A stretch of 64,000 nucleotides of DNA from contig OX597819.1 in NCBI GenBank assembly GCA_951406725.2, positions 91,760,001 to 91,824,000 on the forward strand. The letters run 5' to 3'. Below are positions 53,621-64,000 of the stretch, in pieces. This DNA comes from Octopus vulgaris (lineage: Eukaryota). The position numbers and the translations under genes were made by a program. Position 1 is the stretch's first letter. The number at the start of each line of letters is the position of its first letter. The notes under the pieces are model-generated. The model was not told the origin of the DNA and did not search any database. It worked only from the letters and a program-made list of their open reading frames with translations.

Positions 53621-53942
53621 GACTCCGCCGGTTACGACGACGAGGGTCCCAGCTGATACGATCAACGGAACAGCTTGCTCGTGAAATTAACGTGCAAATG
53701 GCTGAGCATTCCACAGACACGTGTACCCTTAACGTAGTTCTCGGGGATAATCAGCGTGACACAGAGAGTGACAAGGCTGACCCTTTGAAATACAAGTACA
53801 ACTCATTTTTGCCAGCTGAGTGGACTGGAGCAACGTGAAATAAAGTGTCTTGCTCAAGGACACAACGCGTCGCCGGGAATCGAACTCACAACCTTACGAT
53901 CATGAGCCGAATGCCCTAACCACTAAGCCACGCGCCCTCACC
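53621..53942 (-). mobile_element. tRNA-derived SINE, CORE-like body with the 52300-type tail
   Basis: Head gagggcgcgtggcttagtggttagggcattcggctcatgatcg; body gtgtccttgagcaagacactttatttcacg; tail nearly identical to 52305-52480. Confidence 0.88.
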
Positions 53943-54345
53943 AATTTGAAGTTAATTGCCCACTGAATGTTGCAAGAGCGTTAGACCTCGTACTCGGATA
54001 CAGGTGCAGTCGAAATGAATGAACAATAGAGTGTTGTTTTAAATGCCTAAGGAAGATAAAGGTTTTGTTTTTATGGTTAAAGAAATATCAAAGGTTAATA
54101 ATATATTTAGAGGTCATGAATGTAGGAAGGAGGGGAAATTGAATAGAATAACAAGGTATAAAGGGAAACGGGATTTATATAGTGTAGTAGATTCAAATAA
54201 GTTTACATGTACCGAGCAAACTGATTTGTAAGAGGTATAATTTACGTATGACTATGTTAGCATTCTCGGTTCTTGTGCCAAAATATTTCGAAGACTTTCA
54301 GCTGTTAAATATTAGAATTTTATCTCAAAGCTAAATGATATTGAA

Positions 54346-54483
<138 letters not shown>

Positions 54484-55137
54484 TGCCCAGGACAACTTTG
54501 GTTTTTATCATTTCGGGGCCGATATAATAATTTTCCGTTGATCACAGGAGTCAATGTAATCGATCTATGCACTCGTTCAAAATTTTAAGCCTTGTACCTT
54601 TATTAAAAAGACCCCCCACCCAAAAAAAAACCAATCAATATTATTCTTAACAGTTGTTTTCCGGTTCTCTACGTTCTAATTTCAAATCTCACCAAGGACG
54701 ACTTTACTTGTCATTCATTCCCAGGCAGATAAAATAAAGTAGCAGTCAAGTATTTCTGGCCTTGTGCCTAAATTAGAAACCATTATTAACAAGTGCCATA
54801 CGAACATAAAGAGAAAAGAAGGCAAAAGAAGGCAAAAGAAAAGAACTGCAGCACATTTAAGTTGTTTAAAATTATTTGGATTCTTTTCTCAACATGTTAA
54901 TAATTGATTGCTTTGTCACGAAGAATTTTAAAAGAACTCATTTCACAATGCGCAATGGGTTCGTTATAGCACATACTTTTTGTGTCCTATTTTAACCAAA
55001 TATCTTCATTTATCAAATGTACTTTTAACGTTAATACATCAAATATGTAATGATATAAGTGCTTAATTTTCAGTATTTCTCGCTCTCAGAAGGATAATAG
55101 GCAACGTCGAAGCGTACCTATATGCAAACATACATAT

Positions 55138-55168
<31 letters not shown>

Positions 55169-55240
55169 CATACATACATACATACATACATACATACATA
55201 CATACATACATACATAGATATACACACACATACGTATACA

Positions 55241-55271
<31 letters not shown>

Positions 55272-56410
55272 GACACTAGAAACATTACTACTATTACCAC
55301 TACACACAAACGAATGAATCTTTACAATTATTCGTTACAAAGTAAGCAATCGTTAATAAAACTTCAACAAAGCAATGCAAACAGAAGAATATTAAGTGAG
55401 ATAACTAAGTGACAATCTCTCTAAAGACGACCAAGTGTTCAGATTTCCGGTGATTTAAGACAAGCCTTAAATACTTCAAACAAATTTGGAGAATGTCTAC
55501 GAAATCACAGAGAACTCGAGAAATTCTGAAATATTTGATTTTCTTCTTCAAATAACAGAATATGACATTTAACCTATACAAAGATCGATGGTGTATTGGT
55601 CCAGGATTCGATACAATGCAATGGGAACTTATATTTCATTAGGCTGCATTCACTCTGCTATCATCGACTTTCTTATTGTTGTTTGGCAAAAAGAGACACC
55701 GAGCCGTTTAGGTGTACAGTCACACACATAAAAATAAATAACCTCATAAACATTTATAGCCATGTATGCGTGTATACATACATGCACTTAAATATTCAGG
55801 TATCACAGTATACAAATGCATGCGTATGTAACAGTTTCATAAATCGTAAACTCATAACATAGGTAGACTATTTGAAGATTTCGTCTTCATATAATGTATC
55901 TAGGTCACACTGAAATATACATATGTATGTATACATAAATGATCATATAATAGTTAAAATTGACTACTTTTCCATTACTTCAAGTTTCTTGTCGAAGAAG
56001 CAATCAATAGATGATATATCAACGAAGAAATATTTAAAATGTAAGCAGAAATATTGCTAACATTTGCTGCTGCAAGAAGGCTTGTTGGACACTTCTCGTT
56101 GATACAGATCAATCAGGTTTTATTTCGCTGATTTAGGTTGCCAAATAGAATTTCTCTGACAGCAGTTTCACCCTCTCGGCTCCTCTGTTACAAGAATCTG
56201 TTCCTTTTCCCATTATATATTATTTTTCTGCCATGCATAATTGGTAAAATCAGGTTCAATTTATGTCGGCTGTACTTTCTTCAATAATTGAGGAATTGAT
56301 ATCAAAACCGTGTATACGTCGATATTTTTACAAATGGGACCCTCATGATACTTAGAACGATTGTAAAATTAACAACTACATGATAATATTCTAATGTGAT
56401 TTGAAAGAAT

Positions 56411-56474
<64 letters not shown>

Positions 56475-56614
56475 GCATGTGTGTATATAGATATGTGTGT
56501 GTGTATATATGTATGTAGTATATGTATATATGCATATGCATGTATATATGTATATATTTATACATATACAAACATATGTACGTATACTACAGAGTATATG
56601 TACGTATACTATTA

Positions 56615-56835
56615 GAGGCGCAATGGCCTAGTGGTTAGGGCAGCGGACTCGCGGTCGCAGGTTCGCGGTTTCGATTCTCAGACCGGGCGTTGTGTGTGTT
56701 TATTGAGCGAAAACACCTAAAAGCTCTACGAGGCTCCGGCAGGGGGTGGTGATCCCTGCTGTACTCTTTCACCACAATGGCGGTGCCCCAGCATGGCCAC
56801 AGCTCAAGAGCTGAAACTGGAAAAAACAAAAACAA
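56615..56835 (+). mobile_element. Chimeric SINE: family A head/body joined to family C tail
   Basis: gaggcgcaatggcctagtgg...ctctttcaccacaa then tggcggtgccccagcatggccacagc...ctgaaactggaaaa. Confidence 0.75.
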
Positions 56836-56885
56836 AACAAAATATATACATATAGATGTGTATACACACACACATATATATATAT

Positions 56886-57065
56886 AGGGTGAATTCACAA
56901 AAAATAAAAGACGAAGGCAGGTGGTGTAGAAAACAAACAGATGTTTTAGTATAAGGCTCGGGAATTGAAAAAGTCTTTAACGTTTCGAGCCTACGCTCTT
57001 CACACACACACACACACACACACAAACAAGGAGAGAAAAAAATGTGTGTAGTGGCTAGCGATCTA

Positions 57066-57067
<2 letters not shown>
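56886..57067 (-). mobile_element. ~200-nt hammerhead-bearing repeat family, copy 2 (core interrupted by (CA)n)
   Basis: gtctttaacgtttcgagcctacgctcttc followed by (ac)n. Confidence 0.7.
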
Positions 57068-57121
<54 letters not shown>

Positions 57122-57656
57122 CACATATATATATATTCACATGAAGTGCATAAGAAAATAGGATGTAAGGAGAAAATGCACGAGTTATAATTAAGGCTGA
57201 ATCTCATGGTAACTCCGAGGGAATTATACATCAGGAATTATACATTTTTTGTTTAAATTGCAAACTTACAAACCTTAACCATATGGTCAAATTAATCGTC
57301 CTAGTGATATTATCCAATCAAGATGGAATATTTTGCTATGTTACACATTAGAATTAGGTTAGATTACAGTAGAAATTCTGTATGAGCAACCGAGTATGTA
57401 TATGCTAGAATAACATCCAGTGTGTACTAGAGAAGGTTTATCCTCATGTTGATTTTAAAAGTATCGATGTCTTCTTTAGTGCTAACATTAAACATACGTA
57501 TCTACTCGGCAAGTAATCTGGGATTGGGTTACAACGCAAGTGCTTTTTTTTATAGTTTTGTATATTCTTCTATATTCCTGTACCGACCAATACCATGTGA
57601 ATGGATTTGGTGGACGTAGACTCTCTAGAAATGCGTTGTTTGTGGTATCTATCTGT

Positions 57657-57718
<62 letters not shown>

Positions 57719-57723
57719 GTCTA

Positions 57724-57762
<39 letters not shown>

Positions 57763-57793
57763 GCGTGTGCGTAAGTGTCCTTTCTCTCCCTCT

Positions 57794-57841
<48 letters not shown>

Positions 57842-57994
57842 TGTCTTTCTCTTTCTCTGTCCTCGCCACTGCCCTCACCGTCTCTATGCCTACTATTACT
57901 CTCACCCCACCACGAAGAGTAGTAGAAGTGTTATTGAATAGTGACAGAGCGGGGTCAAATTGTGACACACAGAAATTAGCTTTCGCATTTGTTA

Positions 57995-58078
<84 letters not shown>

Positions 58079-59516
58079 CGTGTGCGTGTTTGTGTCCCAC
58101 CATCGCTTGACAACCAGTATTAGTTTGTTCACGTCCCTTTAAATTAATGGTTCAGCAAAAGAAACGGACGGAATAAATACCAGAAAGCATTGACGTGGCA
58201 AAGCCGCAGGTCAAAGCCCTCTAGAGCTAATAAAAGATTAGAAAATGAAAAACTGATTTTTATTATCGAAATCGGATAATTCGGCAATTTTCTTCCCCGA
58301 AAGTTCTTAGTTCAAAACGAGACATCAATTTGAACCCATAACGTTTTATATATCACTTATACCTCGGTAGTTGCCGATAAAATTCACGAGGGAAGGTTTC
58401 AACTGACTATGTTCTTTCTTTACATTGGTCCACGAGGCTTATATTTAGGCAAAAGGATGTCAATATTGGCAAATGCCCGAAAAATTGTTCGAGTGGCGGG
58501 ACAATTAGAGAGCCTGTACGTAGTCATTCGCCTTGTTAGAAATAGCGGTCAAGTCTCCTTCAAATCACAACGAAACCATTTTAAATAAGAAAAGGATACA
58601 TTAAGTAAAGTAGTTGGCCTAAACTCCTCTTAAAAGACGAGAGAGTCACAGCTGGGATTTCTCTCGTATGCTTGCTTGATCATATCTGACCTAGGTAAAA
58701 GACACACACACACACACACACACATACACACACACACGAAAAAGACCCAAGGTGTATCAAAGTAAACAAAAGTGAGAAAACTCTTACGCAGTCGCTTAAC
58801 CTGCTAGACAGAGCTGTTAAATCGCCCCCCCCACCACCACGTGATCATGTGTTGTCTGAGAAAGAGGAAGGTCACATTGGACAATGAAGTCGTAGATATA
58901 CTAAAAGTGAGGAATGGTTTATGGTAATAAATCTATTCGATCATGGCAAACCTTTAAACAGCAGCAACTGGCCGAAACTTCACGGAAGCAATAAAAAGTA
59001 AAATAAAAATATAAAAATGCTACCATAGGTCAGAATTGAACCACTTGACATTTCTCATCCAAATATGGAGAATAACATATAAGATTTCGACATTTTCATA
59101 TAAACGGCAGCTGTGCAGGTTGCAAACATTAGCTTAACAAAGCAGATGGCAAAAGTACATACATTGTGGGAACAGTTAACAGATGTGGCGATGGCTCCCG
59201 AGTTATTACAAGATTTATAAGTCTTGAGTTAGTATCTGTTTACTCTGTATGTTTGTACATGCATACAATCATACATAAACGCGTACATATATACATTTGT
59301 GCACTCGGTAACGGTGCACATTATGTGTATGTATATATGTATATATACGTGTGTATGTATACACACACATAGTCATATATGTACTGTCCGCCAGCTTTGT
59401 ATATGACAAATACTTATATTCAGACAAAGGTTTAACACTCTCTCTCAGGCACATATCAATATAAACAACAATTATAATAATTTTTTGGTTATAATAAAAG
59501 TCATACAATTCAATAC

Positions 59517-59638
<122 letters not shown>

Positions 59639-60236
59639 TTCTTTCTTTCTTTCTTTGACATGCTGGCATTTAATAGAAATCTCCGGGGTTGCCACAAATT
59701 GAAAGTGGAGTGTCTGAAATATTTCTCGGTACAAATATGACCCAACGGGAGAACGTTTACATGGTTGCTATTTCTGTTAGAACTAGAAACCGCTTCTTTT
59801 ATCCATAAAAAATAAATATCGCCACAGATAAATTGTATATTGGAAATGGGATCCGCCGAGGTAGACTTTAGCATTTATTCTTTCGGGATCCATAAAGTAA
59901 GTACCTATTGATCACTGGGTTCGATATAATCGATTTATACCGTCACTCAAAATCGCTGGCCTTGTGCTAAAATATGAATTTATAGAAATGATCTGGAGAT
60001 AATAACAACTATACAAACCAGCACAAAACGCTGGTATAAGAGGTAAAGAGTATATATCACTGACTGTTTCAACCAGATTATCGGATGTTGCTATACACCG
60101 CTGGTCACAATGCGCTTCTTCACATTGTTGTAGTTTTCGAAGGATGCCGCTCCGCTGGTTAGGCAGGCATGAAGGCATGCAGGTCATCCCCACTGAGTTG
60201 AACAGCATTCTCTCACAGGGTTGCCCATTTACAAAT

Positions 60237-60495
60237 GTAGAGGCGCGTGGCTTAGTGATTAAGGTGTTGGACTCATAATCGTAAGATTGTGATTTCGATT
60301 CGTAGACCAGGTGACTCGTTGTGCTCTTCAGCAAAACACTTCATTTCACGTTGCTGGAGTCCATTCAGCTGGCAAAAATGAGTAATCTTGCGACGGACCG
60401 GCATTCCGTAAAGGTAGAGATTTTATACGCCATGGAAACCGAGAAACCGGCCCTTATGAGTCGACATAACTCGAGAAGGTAATTTTTCTCACTTT
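60237..60495 (+). mobile_element. tRNA-derived SINE with CORE-like body
   Basis: Aligns with 38651-38910. Confidence 0.8.
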
Positions 60496-60659
60496 ACATT
60501 TACAGCTGAGTAAACTGGAGCAACATGAAATGAAGCGTCCTGCTTAAGAATGCACCGCCAAATCCTGGATTCGAAACCATGAACTTGCGAGCGTGAATGC
60601 AACACTCTAACATCTAATCTACGCCCTTCACAAGTAGTATAAATTAAAAAAACGATAAA

Positions 60660-60918
60660 AGCCAGGTTCATGGGCTCGGTTTCCCGGTTTCTGTGGCGTA
60701 TGTGTTCCTCCCAGCTGGACGGGACGCCAGTCCATCGCAGCGTTACTCAAGAAACAGGAAGAGAGAGTGAGAGAAAGTTGTGGTGAAAGAGTGCCGGAGC
60801 CTCGTGGAGCTTTTAGGTGTTTTCGCTCAAACACACACAATGCCCAGTCTGGGAATCGAAACCGCGATCCTCCGACCGCGAGTCCGCTACCCTAACCACT
60901 GGGCCATTGCGCCTCCAC
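60660..60918 (-). mobile_element. tRNA-derived SINE family A
   Basis: Reverse complement of the family A head; tail shared with the 4935 copy. Confidence 0.85.
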
Positions 60919-61435
60919 GTAGTATAAATACTGCTACGTAATTAATCATAATCTACCATAATTACAGATGAAAGAAAATTAAAAACGACACTGCACGGAA
61001 TTAAACTCGCAGTACACAAAATAGCGGACAAGATATTTTTTTTTATCTGGTGCGCTTTTAAATGTTCTTGATTTGTTATCAAATAATGTAAATATTTTTA
61101 TAATCTCCTTTCGTAACTCATTTCTGTTAAAATTGAAATAATTATATCTCAAATATTCTCAGATAACCTATAGCGAATGGGTGAATGATGTAGAAAATGA
61201 CAGAGTAGAGAGAGAAAGGGAGTGAGAAAGAAAGAAAGAGAGTAAGGGAGAGAGAGAGAGAGAAAGAGTGTAAGAAAGAGAGGGACAGAGTTAGAAAGAG
61301 AGAGATAGTAACAATGAAATATATATTTCTTTACTACCCACAAGGGGCTAAACACAGAGGGAGAAATATATACTATTATACGTGTATTGTACAGACAAAC
61401 GCTTGTGTCTGCAGGCGCCAGGTTTATATAATATA

Positions 61436-62050
61436 TGAGGTCTGACCAATAAGTATCCGGACTGTTGCCATAGTTACGAAGCTACAGCACACAGAGTGAA
61501 GCTGCTTGGCAAAGATTGACCTTGAACTTTGCTGTGCATGCGCACTAAGTTTTAACGTTTTAGCTCACTTCTGCTGTTTGCAGTAATGCTTGGAATGAAG
61601 GTGTGTAGCATGCGTGTTGCAGCCAGCAGAACTGAGAAAAACAGCGAAGATGTATGTGCAGTTGTGAGGAGAAATCGTCGAATCACTATCCGTGGGTTAT
61701 CAGAGGATGTGCAGATTATTTACGGTTCAATTCAGTCTATTATCATTTAAAATTTGTGTATGAGACACGTGTCTACCAGGTTTTTGCCAAAACTGCTTTC
61801 AACTGATCAAAAAGACAATCGGGTTTCAGTTGCACAAGATCTCAATGATTGTGTCGAGAACGATGAGCGCCTTCTGAAAACTTTGTGTAGGCCTCTGAGC
61901 CAAGGTTTTGGCAAAATTTGATGCAGATACTCTACTCAACTTTCTCTGTCATGGTCAATGCGACGATCATACGCTACACACCTTCCTTCGAGGCACTGCT
62001 GTAACTTCGTTACTATGGCAATAATCCGGATACTTATTGATCAGACCACG
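61436..62050 (+). mobile_element. Internally deleted mariner element
   Basis: TA-flanked ~45-bp TIRs (tgaggtctgaccaataagtatccggactgttgccatagttacgaag / cttcgttactatggcaataatccggatacttattgatcagaccacg). 61628-61882 translates RTEKNSEDVCAVVRRNRRITIRGLSEDVQIIYGSIQSIII*NLCMRHVSTRFLPKLLSTDQKDNRVSVAQD (HTH2 + WVPxxL-type linker). Confidence 0.9.
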
Positions 62051-62455
62051 TACATTGCTTTGGTTTAATATTAGAACTCTTTTACATTTATAGATGTGGG
62101 TTTGAATCCCGCGAATAGCTTTCAACTTTTTCTTAATAAAAGGTTTCCGAGCACAATGTCTACAGTCTATTATTCACAACTTTATCTGTTTTGAGTCCCA
62201 CCCTTAAAAACGAATTATTTTACGTTCGCTCGAAGTTTCTAAATTGTTATGACGTATGCAACATGTAATTTTCGCTGGTAAAAACAGACCATGTAGAATG
62301 GATAGAGAAATTTGAAGGATTGCTTTGGTTCAGTGGTAGAAATTCTGTCATGCTTAAGAAAGATGTACGTTCAATTCCCATAAGCACTCAAGGACTTTTA
62401 TCCCATGGAGTTTATCACAATATTATTTATTGCATTATCTACCTCGAGTTCTATC

Positions 62456-62500
<45 letters not shown>

Positions 62501-62508
62501 CATACACA

Positions 62509-62726
62509 CGAGGGGTTGCTGAAAAGTCCCTGGCTTTAAGGGTATCACAAAAGGCCTGGCTGGAGACCCAACCTTCAGAGTTCTTTTACAGGGCTTAGAA
62601 AAAACTGAAGGACCGTGGCAATAAGTGTGTGAATCTGAGATGGAAATAAGTTGAATTAAATCGTAATTAACCGATCCTTCTATATTTCCTTTTACCCAAA
62701 GCCAAAAACTTTTCACCACCTCTTCG
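62509..62726 (+). mobile_element. Mariner-derived MITE, second copy
   Basis: TIRs cgaggggttgctgaaaagtccctggcttt / aaagccaaaaacttttcaccacctcttcg; aligns with 272-493. Confidence 0.8.
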
Positions 62727-63148
62727 TATATATATGAAAACATTGTTCACGTAAAAATTGATGGAGTTTGTAATTCGTAATACTTCTGCTTCAAGCCTTG
62801 CTTAAATTTTCCCTTTTGTTGTTTAGGTAATTCTGACACTTTTTGAGCTTTACTTCTGTTTCATTCTGATCATTATTGTCACTACTTAGTAGTTCTCTTT
62901 TTAACTCATATCGAACATTGAAATCTTAGAATTTTTACGTTTTCAACACAAACACAACACACACACACACACACGTGTTTAATCGTTCATACCTAGATAC
63001 AATGCGTTTAATCTTTTGATTTATGCCCTATTAATAATTAATACATATTTGCGTTTTGGCTAAAATTTCATGAAACGAAGAAAGAAAATATCGTATTTCT
63101 GTTGAACAAAGATGTTAGCATATAAGTCCTCCCACCCAAAATTCCATA

Positions 63149-63487
63149 GGCGCAGGCGTGGCCGTGTGGTAAGAAGCTTGGTTCCTAACCACATACCTCC
63201 GGCTTCAGTCCCACTGTGTAGCACCTTGCGCAAATGTCTTCTACTATAGTCTCGGGCCGACCAAAGCCTTGTGATTGGATTTGGTAGACGGAAACTGAAA
63301 GAAGCCACCATCGCATGACAACCGATATTGGTGTGTTTACATCCCCGTAACTTAGCTGTTCGGAAAAAAGACCGATAAAATAAGCACTAGGCTTACAAAG
63401 AATAAGTCCTGGGGTGGATTCATTCAAGTAAAGGCAGTGCTGCAGCATGGTCGCAGTCAAATGACTGAAACAAGTAACAGAATAAAA

Positions 63488-63490
<3 letters not shown>
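63149..63490 (+). mobile_element. SINE family C, near full length
   Basis: ggcgcaggcgtggccgtgtggtaagaagcttg...cttcagtccc; CORE-like gcaccttgcgcaaatgtcttc; tail gactgaaacaagtaacagaataaaag. Confidence 0.88.
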
Positions 63491-63536
<46 letters not shown>

Positions 63537-63559
63537 TGTGTGTGTGTGTGTGTGTGTGA

Positions 63560-63781
63560 AACCCTTCTGTCCGGCATTCGCCTTGATAGATCGGTAGCCA
63601 CTACACACATTTTTTTCTTTCCTTGTTTCTCTCCTTGTCTCTTTCTGTGTTCCTTTCTGTGGAAGAGCGTAGGCTCGAAATATTAACGACTTTTTTTTAA
63701 ATTCCTGGGCGTTATACTAATACATCTGTTTGTTTTCTACACCACCTGTCTTCGTCTTTTGTTTTTTTTTGTGAATTCTCC

Positions 63782-63785
<4 letters not shown>
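63560..63785 (+). mobile_element. ~200-nt hammerhead-bearing repeat family, copy 3
   Basis: 63653-63690: cttt-CTGTGGA-a-gagc-gtag-gctc-GAAA-tatt-aacg; the rest is the reverse complement of the 47518 copy. Confidence 0.75.
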
Positions 63786-63856
<71 letters not shown>

Positions 63857-64000
63857 TTATAAGTTTTCGGTTTAAAATAAACTGACATGCCCATCCTCTT
63901 TTTGTTATCTGTTGTTATTATAAACATTTCATAAGTTGCTGAGCTGCAAATGTGGCGAGCTACGAAAAACTGGCTGCACCGGAATCAGCGGAGCAGGCTG

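Overview
Eukaryotic, very AT-rich DNA dominated by microsatellites and SINEs; the SINE families and the repeat landscape look like an octopus (coleoid cephalopod) genome. This is recognition, not a database result. Almost all ORFs in the supplied track are translations of simple repeats. One host coding exon is supported: 17709-17807 (+), the first half of a PDZ domain most like synaptopodin-2/SYNPO2L/PDLIM N-termini. It is preceded by a probable ~1.36 kb ATG-poor 5'UTR and followed by what appears to be an intron of more than 46 kb. The rest is transposon debris: three or more modular tRNA-derived SINE families, RTE and R4/Dong-like LINE 3' ends, Tc1 and mariner relics, MITEs, and probable Helitron ends. 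The most striking unannotated signal is about 16 type I hammerhead ribozyme-like motifs on both strands, mostly in short unique segments between TA/CA microsatellites. They include one fully canonical copy (6773-6876), natural U3-A8 and A3-U8 core covariants, head-to-head ribozyme pairs inside foldback elements, a ~340-nt direct-repeat-bounded unit, and a multicopy ~200-nt family with a CUGUNGA core. They are best read as Penelope-like element pseudo-LTRs or non-LTR retrozymes. All structures were folded by eye; none were computed or tested.
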